39,433 nucleotides of DNA from a virus. Its lineage: Duplodnaviria > Heunggongvirae > Uroviricota > Caudoviricetes. Numbering within the stretch: the stretch's first letter is position 1; each line of letters begins with the position of its first letter. A program made the position numbers and the translations under genes. The notes under the pieces were generated by a model, which saw only the letters and a program-made list of their open reading frames with translations, was not told the DNA's origin and searched no databases. Shown in pieces: positions 1 to 8,304 of the stretch. Where the stretch lies: positions 1-39,433 of IMG/VR virus record IMGVR_UViG_3300033463_000048. The stretch is one strand, 5' to 3'.

Positions 1-2
1 CC

Positions 3-1130
3 CTTTCAGAAAATCCCGCAGTAGACGAGAACTCCTTCCGTCCCTTAACCGCGCCTCAAATCAAAATTAAAAAAGAGAAATTCTCCCGCTCAGAAGCTCG
101 CAAAAACGCCCCACCATTTATTCTTTCCCTACTTGAAGACCTCTTTACCCGTATAGATGAACTTGATTATCAAATTGAGGTTTTCGAACTTAGAATAGGG
201 AAACGTACCGAGCCAATTCGTCAACCCTTACTCGATAGAATTTCAATTGAGCGCAGAAGTAAGTTAGAGAAAGAAGTAGAAAACTGGACTCAACATACCT
301 ATATAAAGTCCCGCCATCTCTTAATCCAACTTCGTTCCGACCAATATACGTTACGCGACTCATACAAACAAACTGTAGGAAATTCCTCAACTGCCCACTC
401 TCCTAACTTTATAGAAGACGATCCGACTTTTGGAGTTGGAATTAATGTTTATCCTCTCGGTTTAAAAAGAGGGGCTAATTTAAAGGAAAACGAGAAAAAA
501 GACGTAGAGCGCGCCGACACCTTAATTTTCAAGCATAATCCATCTCCTTCACTTTATACCCCTAAAGAACTTAAAGTAATTTCAAACTTTATTTGGGAGA
601 ATCAGCGCAATTTTGATGAGCGCGCCACTAAGTTTTACTTTAGTTTTGAAAACGAAGACCATATATATCAACTTATTTTACTTCGGAAATTTTTAGAGAA
701 TTTAGAATTACAAGAAGATTCTACAATTCCTCAACTTTTCGACACTTTAGACTACTATATTGAAGAAGCCGATTTAACCGAGGCCCAACGCGAGATTTTA
801 GACCTTAAATTTCAGCATAAGGAAAACCAAGATATAGCGGCGTATATTAATAGGAAATATGGGAAAAACTATGCGCTTAACTATATATCGACTATCTTTA
901 AGCAAAAGATTATAAAGAAAATTGTAGAAGCGGTTAAACTTCATAGGGAAAAGGTTGAGAACCTTTTCTTTGAAGAGGAATTTAAAAAGTGTAGTTGTTG
1001 CGGAAAGGAGTTACTTAGAAGAGAGGATTTCTTTATGAAGAGAAAGAAGTCTCCAGATGGCTTCAACGGACGCTGTAAAATTTGTGATAGAGAAAAACGT
1101 AAGGAGAAGAAGGAGAAGAATAATGAGTAA
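3..1130 (+). CDS. 5'-truncated protein with a sigma70 region-4-like HTH and a C-terminal Cys4 Zn finger; possible late transcription regulator
   Basis: Frame 3 is open from the window edge to TAA at 1128-1130 (absent from the ORF track because its start is outside the window). It translates to ...LTEAQREILDLKFQHKENQDIAAYINRKYGKNY...KKCSCCGKELL...GRCKICDREKRKE. The stop overlaps the next ATG. Confidence 0.8.
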   Translation, partial: LSENPAVDENSFRPLTAPQIKIKKEKFSRSEARKNAPPFILSLLEDLFTRIDELDYQIEVFELRIGKRTEPIRQPLLDRISIERRSKLEKEVENWTQHTYIKSRHLLIQLRSDQYTLRDSYKQTVGNSSTAHSPNFIEDDPTFGVGINVYPLGLKRGANLKENEKKDVERADTLIFKHNPSPSLYTPKELKVISNFIWENQRNFDERATKFYFSFENEDHIYQLILLRKFLENLELQEDSTIPQLFDTLDYYIEEADLTEAQREILDLKFQHKENQDIAAYINRKYGKNYALNYISTIFKQKIIKKIVEAVKLHREKVENLFFEEEFKKCSCCGKELLRREDFFMKRKKSPDGFNGRCKICDREKRKEKKEKNNE

Positions 1131-1536
1131 GAAGAAACGTGTAGGAGAGTTTTTAGACCTTTTAAACGAACTTTCCGAAGAAGAAATTTTTTCGTTGGGG
1201 AGAGTACTGGGGGTTAAATTTGGGAAATTAGAAATTTTGGACCAAGATGAGAACCCCATTGGGAAAACCTTAGGGGAATTAAGGGATGAGATTGGAGAAG
1301 AAGAACTTAGGAAGAGAAATTATAAAGTTAGAGCAGTTAAGCGAGACGCCGAAGAAATTTTAGCTGAGATTATGGAGACATTTTATAAGGCTAGTTGGGG
1401 CGCGCAGAAAGATATTTTGGAAATTATGAAAGCAAAGCCGAAAAAGAAGGACGTTGTTGAAGACGACAACTGCGCGCTCACCATAAATTCAACTATCCCG
1501 GAGGTAGAATTAAATGGGACTTCAACCGAAAATTAA
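1123..1536 (+). CDS. Hypothetical protein (137 aa, MSKKKRVGEF...)
   Basis: ATG 1123 follows AAGGAG and overlaps the upstream stop region; the track's start at 1057 lies inside the upstream gene. Confidence 0.75.
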   Translation: MSKKKRVGEFLDLLNELSEEEIFSLGRVLGVKFGKLEILDQDENPIGKTLGELRDEIGEEELRKRNYKVRAVKRDAEEILAEIMETFYKASWGAQKDILEIMKAKPKKKDVVEDDNCALTINSTIPEVELNGTSTEN

Positions 1537-2485
1537 GCGTAAGGTTTTATTTAGAGATTGCCCTATATGCGGCAACACTTTAAGTTTAAGCGAGTTCGCG
1601 CCTACCACTTCTATTTTCTATCCTGATGGAGTAATTCCTATTTGCGGCCACTGCATTGATAATTGGCTTAAAGAACAAGATTGGAATTGGGATGCAATTG
1701 ATAAGTTGTGTCAAATGGCTGATATCCCTTTCATTCCTAAAGAGTGGGAAAACTTAAAGGAAATGAGTGAAGATAATCTGTTTGCGCGCTACGCCATGAT
1801 TTGTCAGAAAAGCGAATATTATGGAGTGGGGTGGAAAAAGTATTATGATGAATACCAAGAGTTAAAGAAAAACGGGGATCTTGGCTCTGTTCTTCCTTTA
1901 ATTGGGGATGCTGAACGCCAAGAACTTCAACTTAAATGGGGTAGTAATTATGATGATGAGCAATTAACTTATCTTGAAAACTTATATAAAGGTATCTTAA
2001 CTTCTCAATCTGTTAATGGCGCCCTCCAAGATGACCGCGCACTTAAGATTTGTAAAATCTCGCTTGAAATTGATGAGAGAATTCGTGCGGGCGAAGATTT
2101 TGATAAGCTTCTTGCTTCTCATGACAAACTCGTTAAACAAGCAGACTTTACTCCAACTAATATTAAAAACCTTAATGATTTTGATTCTATAGGTGAACTT
2201 GTTAAGTGGATGGAGAAAAAGGGTTGGCAGGCTCGTTATCATGATGGAGTTACGCGCGATATTGTAGATGAGACAGTTCAAAACATTCAGTCCTTTAATC
2301 AGAGACTTTATACTAATGAAAGTGGTATTAGTGAACAGATTGAAGCGCGCATTGCTTCGTTAAAGAATGTAAAGGATTTGGAAGATAATTTTGGTTCAGA
2401 GAATGAATTTAAACTCGAAGATTATGATAATGAAGGTTATAAAAAATTGATGGAAGAGGAATTTGAGGAGGACGTAGATGAATAA
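1514..2485 (+). CDS. Zn-finger protein directly upstream of TerL; putative terminase small subunit
   Basis: CPIC...CGHC motif at the N-terminus, helical C-terminus, overlaps the TerL start. The function is inferred from position. Confidence 0.5.
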   Translation: MGLQPKIKRKVLFRDCPICGNTLSLSEFAPTTSIFYPDGVIPICGHCIDNWLKEQDWNWDAIDKLCQMADIPFIPKEWENLKEMSEDNLFARYAMICQKSEYYGVGWKKYYDEYQELKKNGDLGSVLPLIGDAERQELQLKWGSNYDDEQLTYLENLYKGILTSQSVNGALQDDRALKICKISLEIDERIRAGEDFDKLLASHDKLVKQADFTPTNIKNLNDFDSIGELVKWMEKKGWQARYHDGVTRDIVDETVQNIQSFNQRLYTNESGISEQIEARIASLKNVKDLEDNFGSENEFKLEDYDNEGYKKLMEEEFEEDVDE

Positions 2486-3050
2486 CTTTATTACTGGAAT
2501 TACTGGTATTAAAGAAGGCGTCATACTTGAGAAAGGGGTTAAACTTAATGAAGAATATTTAGAAGAGAATTTTGATCATATTGGAGATTTATTAAATTAT
2601 TTTATAGATTATCCTGACCTTTTCATTGATATGATTACGCCTGAAGATACGGGATTTCATTTATATTTTTATCAACGTATTTTCTTGCGCGCTATCATGC
2701 GCTTTAGAACAGTTTACATAACCGCGCCTCGTGCTTGGTCTAAATCGTTCTTAACTATTTTAGGTTTATTTTTGCAATGTATCTTTATTCCTGGAAGAAA
2801 GGTTTTCATTTGTACTCCTGGTAAATCTCAGGGTGCGAAGATCGCTAAGGAAAAACTTTTTGAAATTTTTAGACTCTTTCCTTTACTTAGAAAAGAACTA
2901 ATTGGCGGGGAATATGATGAGACTCCTGGTAATTATGGTAAGGACTACGTAGAGCTTCGCTTCCGTAATGGGTCTCAGTTTGATGTAGTTGCGCCTCTCG
3001 ATTCTACCCGTGGTGGACGTCGTAACGGTGGTCTTATTGACGAAGTGCGT
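2478..3050 (+). CDS. terL: Terminase large subunit, exon 1 (ATPase N-terminal part, 191 codons)
   Basis: Q-motif LYFYQRIFL, Walker A-like APRAWSKS, Walker B GLIDEVR ending at U3050; joins in frame to DHEEEMLNTVV at 4180 (spliced product 588 aa). Confidence 0.92.
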
Positions 3051-3084
3051 AAATTTTGTATTATTTTTGTTGAGATGCGAGATT

Positions 3085-3123
3085 CTATTTCTGCTTTATA
3101 TTAGAAATATAAAGGAGGAATAG
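3085..3123 (+). promoter_or_regulatory. Hairpin sequestering the homing endonuclease RBS
   Basis: CTATTTCT(G)CTTTATAT 3085-3101 pairs with ATATAAAG(G)AGGAATAG 3107-3123, burying AGGAGG 3113-3118; analogous to the T4 I-TevI translational-control hairpin. Confidence 0.75.
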
Positions 3124-3127
3124 CAAT

Positions 3128-3970
3128 ATGAAATGCTATATCTACAAAATCGTTAATAAGATTACTAATCAAGTTTATGTTGGGCAAACAACTAACTTGC
3201 AACGCCGATTAGAAAATCATTTGAGCGCTTTACGAAACAATAACCATGTTAATCCAAAATTACAATCTAGTTGGAATAAATATGGGGAAGAAAATTTTGA
3301 AATCACTTCTCAAATATATGATTTAACTAAAGACGAGTTAAATAAAAAAGAAATTGAAGAGATTCAAAAAGAAAACAGTTATGAAAATGGTTTTAATCTA
3401 ACGCTCGGCGGCGACGGTGGAAACACAAGAGGAAATTTAAGCTTTGAAGATTTTTGTTTTATATATTTTGGTATTCAAGAATATGAAGGCTTAACAAATC
3501 GTGTTGCTGATTATCTCGGAATTGATAGTAGTACCGTTTCAGCAATAAAAAGAAAGGCTGCCTATACTTGGTATATTCCAATGGCAGAGGCACTTTCAGA
3601 TGAAGATAAAATTAAATATTTTGAGTTATTTGAAAAAGAATTGGATTTAGCAAATAATCCTCCAAGAATTAAAAAAGCAAATATGTCTGAAAAAGATGTA
3701 ATTGATTTTTTATGTGTTGTTTCTGCATATGGTAGAGGCGCGGAAGCAGCAATGACTCGCTATCTAGATATTTCAAAAGGTTTAAAAGACCATATAGTAA
3801 AAGGCGAGTATAGAAATTACGCTGAAAAGTTTTTATCATTAACAGATTCAGAGATATTTGAAAGAGCAGTACCGATTTTTGAAGATAATAATCTTCAACA
3901 GTATTGCAAACAAAGAATAAAAAAGAATAATGACGTAATACGACCTAACTTCTCATGGATTGCGCACTAA
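3128..3970 (+). CDS. Intron-encoded GIY-YIG homing endonuclease (280 aa)
   Basis: N-terminal YIYKIVNKITNQVYVGQT...R...H, LQSSWNKYGEENF, GFNLTLGG; own RBS; located inside the intron. Confidence 0.92.
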   Translation: MKCYIYKIVNKITNQVYVGQTTNLQRRLENHLSALRNNNHVNPKLQSSWNKYGEENFEITSQIYDLTKDELNKKEIEEIQKENSYENGFNLTLGGDGGNTRGNLSFEDFCFIYFGIQEYEGLTNRVADYLGIDSSTVSAIKRKAAYTWYIPMAEALSDEDKIKYFELFEKELDLANNPPRIKKANMSEKDVIDFLCVVSAYGRGAEAAMTRYLDISKGLKDHIVKGEYRNYAEKFLSLTDSEIFERAVPIFEDNNLQQYCKQRIKKNNDVIRPNFSWIAH

Positions 3971-4179
3971 AAACTCTCTTAATTGCTGGAAACTCCTTCG
4001 GGACAATCAGCAGCCAAGACTTTTAAAAAGTAAGGTTCAACGACTAGTCGAAAGACGTAGGCTCAAGTGAGTCGAAATGGAGAGCACGGTTTGCCCCGTG
4101 AAGATATAGTCTCAACTTTATAGTAATATAAAGCAGTCGAAAGACGGGTATAGATTAACGACCTATACTGAAGAAAATG

Positions 4180-5373
4180 GACCATGAAGAAGAAATGTTA
4201 AATACAGTTGTTATTCCTTTGCTTAACGTAGATCGTCGTCTTCCAACTGGAGAAATAAACGAAAAAGAGCCTAATCGTCAACGTATATATGCAACATCTG
4301 CGGGCGCAAAATCATCGTTCGCATATGATGTATTAATGGATGTTTTTCAAAAGTCTATTATAAATCCAGATGATTACTTCTGTATGGGTTGTGATTATAG
4401 GGTTCCTATGTTACATGGACTTTTACAGAAGAGTTTTATTTACGACTTAAAAACTGATTCTTCTTTTAACCCTAACTCTTTTGCAACCGAATATTTATCA
4501 CTTTGGAGTGGTGGTTCATCAGATGCATGGTTAGATTATGATAGAATTAATAAATATAGAATTTTAAAAAATCCTGAGTGGAAAGTAAAAAATGTAACCA
4601 ACGAAAAAAAATTCCACTTAATTTCAGTAGACGTGGGTGCGATTCATGACCAAACTGTTTGCACTATTTTTAAGGTTAATATTGGTGAGCAAGGAACTTT
4701 TACTTGTTCAGTTACTAATATAATAGTTTTAGGTAAAACCGCAGAAGAAAAAGCCTTTTATCGTCAAGCCATAGATTTAAAACGTTTAATTCAAATTTAT
4801 CAACCGCGTGAGGTTGTAATTGATACAAACGGTATTGGTGTTGGTTTTGGAGAAGTAATGACACAAAGTCAATATGATAGTAAGACAGGAGAATATTATC
4901 CTGCTTATGGCTTCTTTAATGATGATAATTTTAAGAAAATTCAACCACATGATTGTGCAAGAATTTTATATAGTTTTAAAGCTAATTCTACTTTAAAGCC
5001 TAAAATTCAAAGTAATGCTTATACTTTTATTAGTAGCGGACGTGTTCATTTCTTAATTTCTGAACAGAAGGCGCGCTCACTATTACTTGAAACTAAAACT
5101 GGTGCGCACATGAAACCCGAAAATCGCGCAAAACGCTTATTACCGCATGAAATGACTTCTCGTTTAATTGATGAAATGATGAATTTTAAAAGAAAGAAGA
5201 CTGCGGCAGTTAGTGATTTTGTATTGGAACCTATTAACTCCAAATATCCTGATGATAAATTCTATTCTTTCTGTTATGGGCTTTGGCGCATTAAAGAAAT
5301 TGAAGAAGAATATGTTAAGAAATTTAAGAGAAAATTAGAGGGCGCGACACGTCAACTTATATTCTTTAATTAG
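4180..5373 (+). CDS. terL: Terminase large subunit, exon 2 (rest of ATPase plus RNase H-like nuclease, 397 aa)
   Basis: Motif III YATSAG; nuclease acidic residues in ISVDVG, VVIDTNG and PDDKFYS; directly upstream of the portal. The track's ATG at 4177 is the last three intron nucleotides. Confidence 0.92.
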   Translation, partial: DHEEEMLNTVVIPLLNVDRRLPTGEINEKEPNRQRIYATSAGAKSSFAYDVLMDVFQKSIINPDDYFCMGCDYRVPMLHGLLQKSFIYDLKTDSSFNPNSFATEYLSLWSGGSSDAWLDYDRINKYRILKNPEWKVKNVTNEKKFHLISVDVGAIHDQTVCTIFKVNIGEQGTFTCSVTNIIVLGKTAEEKAFYRQAIDLKRLIQIYQPREVVIDTNGIGVGFGEVMTQSQYDSKTGEYYPAYGFFNDDNFKKIQPHDCARILYSFKANSTLKPKIQSNAYTFISSGRVHFLISEQKARSLLLETKTGAHMKPENRAKRLLPHEMTSRLIDEMMNFKRKKTAAVSDFVLEPINSKYPDDKFYSFCYGLWRIKEIEEEYVKKFKRKLEGATRQLIFFN

Positions 5374-5385
5374 GAGGAACTTTAA

Positions 5386-6906
5386 ATGAGTGAAGATATT
5401 AAACTCTCAGTTGGACAGACCGAAGTCGCTGAATTAGATAAAAACGCAGTTGAGCGTTTTACTCTTAGCGAGTTTAAGAAGTCCATTGATGGTATGATTC
5501 TCACGAATCAAAAAGCCTATTCCTCTAAATCACACGGCTATTGGGGCCGTACTTACTTTAAATACACGAAAGAAGAAATCTTTGACATTATAGAAGGCGA
5601 TAATTTACAAGCAAAAATTAGACTTTCTCGCTACTTTTTTGAAAGAAACGGGTACTATCGTCAAATCGTACTTTATTACGCCACAATGCTTGAGTATGTA
5701 GGCATCTTAATTCCCAATCCGCTTAAAGATGCAAAACTCTCCAACTCCAAATTACAGAAAAAGTATAATACGGCGATTAATTTAGTCGAGGGTATGAACT
5801 TACCTACTTTCTTTACAAACTGTGCATGGATGAGTTTAGTTGATGGATGTTATTATGGCCTTATTATAAGTGAAACAGATGACGCTTTTGCTGTAGTAGA
5901 TTTACCAACTGAATATTGTCGAAGCAATTATAAGGACACTCATAATAACGATTTAATCGAGTTAAACCTTGAGTATTTTAGACAAATTGAATCTGACGAG
6001 TACAGAGAAATTTTGTTTAAAACTTATCCAAAATTTATTAAGGCTGCATATGAAAAGTGGATTAGAGGTAAACTTAAATCTTCTTGGGTTTTAATTCCTG
6101 CTTCAATGGGTGTTTGTTTTCCTTTCTTTGATGGAAGACCTGCGCTTTTGAACGTGATTAGAGCCGCACTTTTATATGATGAAGTTAATGATAGTTTAAA
6201 GGATAAACTCACGGACGAGATTAAAAAGATAATTGTTCAACATATTCCTCATATGACAGATGGCGCCTTCTTATTGGAGCCAGAAGAAGCAAAGGAATTA
6301 CATAAGGGCGCGGTAGCGATGTTGGAGAATAATCCTAACGTCGATGTTCTTACTACCTATGCAGATGTTGAAGCAATTGTTTCAAAGACCGGTAATGATA
6401 ATGACGCTAGTTTATTATCTCGTTATGAACAGAATATTTATTCTCAAGGTGGAGTAAGTAAAGAATTGTTCGCGGCTACCGGTAGTTCTGCTATTCCTTC
6501 TTCTCAAAGAGTAACACTTGGAATTATGATGCATTTAGCGGATAAGTTTTCTACGTTTGTTACAAACTTAGTAAACTCAAAATTCGCAATGCCTACTCTT
6601 AACTTTAAATATACAATTCTTCCGATTGCATATTTTAATGAAGATGAATATTTGGATAATGCTTTTAAGCTCGCTAACTCTGGTTATAGTTTTATACTTC
6701 CTACTATCGCCATGGGACTTAGTCAGCGTGATTTAGCTAATGTAAAACAACTTGAGATAGATATACTCCATCTTGATGAATTATTGAAGCCACTTGAATC
6801 TGCTTATAATCCTACTGGTGAAGGGCCAGGACGTCCTAAGAAAGCTTTAGACGAGAAATCTGAAAAGACAGTTCAAAATGAGCAAGTAGCCGCTGGCGAA
6901 AGCTAA
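5386..6906 (+). CDS. Portal protein (506 aa)
   Basis: Size and position after TerL; typical flexible C-tail GPGRPKK; strong AGGAGG RBS. Confidence 0.82.
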   Translation: MSEDIKLSVGQTEVAELDKNAVERFTLSEFKKSIDGMILTNQKAYSSKSHGYWGRTYFKYTKEEIFDIIEGDNLQAKIRLSRYFFERNGYYRQIVLYYATMLEYVGILIPNPLKDAKLSNSKLQKKYNTAINLVEGMNLPTFFTNCAWMSLVDGCYYGLIISETDDAFAVVDLPTEYCRSNYKDTHNNDLIELNLEYFRQIESDEYREILFKTYPKFIKAAYEKWIRGKLKSSWVLIPASMGVCFPFFDGRPALLNVIRAALLYDEVNDSLKDKLTDEIKKIIVQHIPHMTDGAFLLEPEEAKELHKGAVAMLENNPNVDVLTTYADVEAIVSKTGNDNDASLLSRYEQNIYSQGGVSKELFAATGSSAIPSSQRVTLGIMMHLADKFSTFVTNLVNSKFAMPTLNFKYTILPIAYFNEDEYLDNAFKLANSGYSFILPTIAMGLSQRDLANVKQLEIDILHLDELLKPLESAYNPTGEGPGRPKKALDEKSEKTVQNEQVAAGES

Positions 6907-6916
6907 GGGAGAAACT

Positions 6917-8287
6917 ATGAAAGATTTATGTTTTAAAATCCCTGTTATAACCTATGGTGTACTTACTGCACCTACGGAAGCAAGCCAAACTACTTCTCGT
7001 GGTAGAGTTCGTATCTTTTATAGAGGACTAAATCGAAACGGTACATATATTACCGATGAATTCGCGCAGAAGTTGGTTGGTACTCTTCCATATACTCCTG
7101 TAAAGGGTATATATGGAGAAACAGATTTTACCGACCACGGTGAAGAACGTAGTGAAGGGCGCATTTATGGCGTCGTTCCTGAAAATCCAAACTTCGCGTG
7201 GGAAGACTTTACTGATGAAGATGGAGTTACTCGTACATATGCTTGTTGCGATATACTTTTATATACCGCACTTTATGAAGAAGCTAGTGAAATCTTTGGT
7301 AAAGGTGAATCGATGGAACTTTACTTGCGCTCTATAGAAGGAGATTGGCAAGTTAAGGAAGGAAAAAAATGCTTTGTTTTTAGTGATGGATGTTTCTTAG
7401 GGCTTCAGGCCTTAGGAGATAACGTAGAGCCTTGTTTCGAAGGTGCTGCTTTCTATGATTTTAATCAAAGTATATATGCAATATTAGAAAAAGCCAATGG
7501 AGGAAACCCAATGGACGACTTGAACAAAGAAGTCTTTGAAGAAGAGAAAGCTTCGGAAGAGATTACAGAAGTAACTTCTGAAGAAACTACTTCTGAGGTA
7601 GACTCTTATGAAGAAGGTGGAGCCGGAGACGGCGGAACTGATGGTGGAAGTAATGCTGAGGGTGGCGATGATGCTGAAGGTGATGGCGCGGAAGAAACTG
7701 AGGGTGAAGGCCCTTTGAGAGCGACTGATCCTCAAAATACTGATGGCGACAATGATGGCGATGATAATAATGAAGCTGTTGAAGAAGCCGTTGAAGCCGC
7801 TGAAGAAGTTGCTGAAACTGGAGGAAACCCTAACATAACCATTAAGAAAAAGAAAGACGAAGAAAATTTTGCGCTCGAAAGCAAAATTAATGAGTTAGAA
7901 TCTTTAAACTCCACTTTACAGTTGGAAAGAGATACTTTTTCTGCTCAACTTGAGGAAGCTAAAGGAGAAATTAGCTCTCTTAGGGAACAGATTAAAACTC
8001 TCTCTGAATTTAAAAACGCTGTTGAACTTGAAAAGAAGAAGGCAGTTATTGATGAGTATACAGGCAGAGTATCTGATGAAGTAATTCAGAAGTATGCTGA
8101 TTCTCTCGATGCATATACTGTAGAGGAATTAGATATGAAGCTATGCTACGAGATAAAGAAAGGTAATCCTTCTGCTTTCTTTGGTCAGAAGAATAGCGAA
8201 TCGGGTAATATAATCCCGAAACAGACGCAACAGAGCAACTACGCAGATCCTATCGTAGATTTGCTCAAGAAGTATGAGAATAAATAA
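6917..8287 (+). CDS. Prohead protease/scaffold protein (456 aa)
   Basis: Globular N-terminal ~190 aa (NRNG, FTDH, ESMEL, GLQALG..VEPCFEGA), an acidic Gly-rich linker and a C-terminal coiled coil; lies between the portal and head genes. Confidence 0.72.
   Translation: MKDLCFKIPVITYGVLTAPTEASQTTSRGRVRIFYRGLNRNGTYITDEFAQKLVGTLPYTPVKGIYGETDFTDHGEERSEGRIYGVVPENPNFAWEDFTDEDGVTRTYACCDILLYTALYEEASEIFGKGESMELYLRSIEGDWQVKEGKKCFVFSDGCFLGLQALGDNVEPCFEGAAFYDFNQSIYAILEKANGGNPMDDLNKEVFEEEKASEEITEVTSEETTSEVDSYEEGGAGDGGTDGGSNAEGGDDAEGDGAEETEGEGPLRATDPQNTDGDNDGDDNNEAVEEAVEAAEEVAETGGNPNITIKKKKDEENFALESKINELESLNSTLQLERDTFSAQLEEAKGEISSLREQIKTLSEFKNAVELEKKKAVIDEYTGRVSDEVIQKYADSLDAYTVEELDMKLCYEIKKGNPSAFFGQKNSESGNIIPKQTQQSNYADPIVDLLKKYENK
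7511..8287 (+). CDS. Putative nested in-frame scaffolding protein (258 aa, MDDLNKEV...)
   Basis: GGAGG at 7499-7503, 7 nt before an in-frame ATG at 7511, exactly where the globular domain ends. Confidence 0.5.
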   Translation: MDDLNKEVFEEEKASEEITEVTSEETTSEVDSYEEGGAGDGGTDGGSNAEGGDDAEGDGAEETEGEGPLRATDPQNTDGDNDGDDNNEAVEEAVEAAEEVAETGGNPNITIKKKKDEENFALESKINELESLNSTLQLERDTFSAQLEEAKGEISSLREQIKTLSEFKNAVELEKKKAVIDEYTGRVSDEVIQKYADSLDAYTVEELDMKLCYEIKKGNPSAFFGQKNSESGNIIPKQTQQSNYADPIVDLLKKYENK

Positions 8288-8304
8288 TTTGGAGGTGCCT
8301 TAAT

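Larger units (their letters stand above)
3051..4179 (+). ncRNA. Group I self-splicing intron (subgroup IA-like, with P7.1/P7.2) in terL
   Basis: Core elements: P AATTGCTGGAAA 3981-3992, Q AATCAGCAG 4005-4013, R GTTCAACGACTA 4035-4046, S AAGATATAGTC 4101-4111. P3 CTCTC/GAGAG, P8 CACGG/CCGTG and P9 hairpins are present. The 5' exon ends in U, the intron ends in G4179, and removal restores Walker B DEVR|DH. Confidence 0.95.

Noticed and set aside
3044-3062. Local hairpin AGUGCG/UGUAUU as intron P1
   Set aside because: Three G-U pairs and no U-G at the splice site; the long-range pairing with 3962-3968 is perfect. It could at most be a weak competing fold.
3070-3102. sigmaA promoter for the endonuclease (TTGAGA...TATATT)
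   Set aside because: The spacer is 21 nt, too long, and there is no extended -10.
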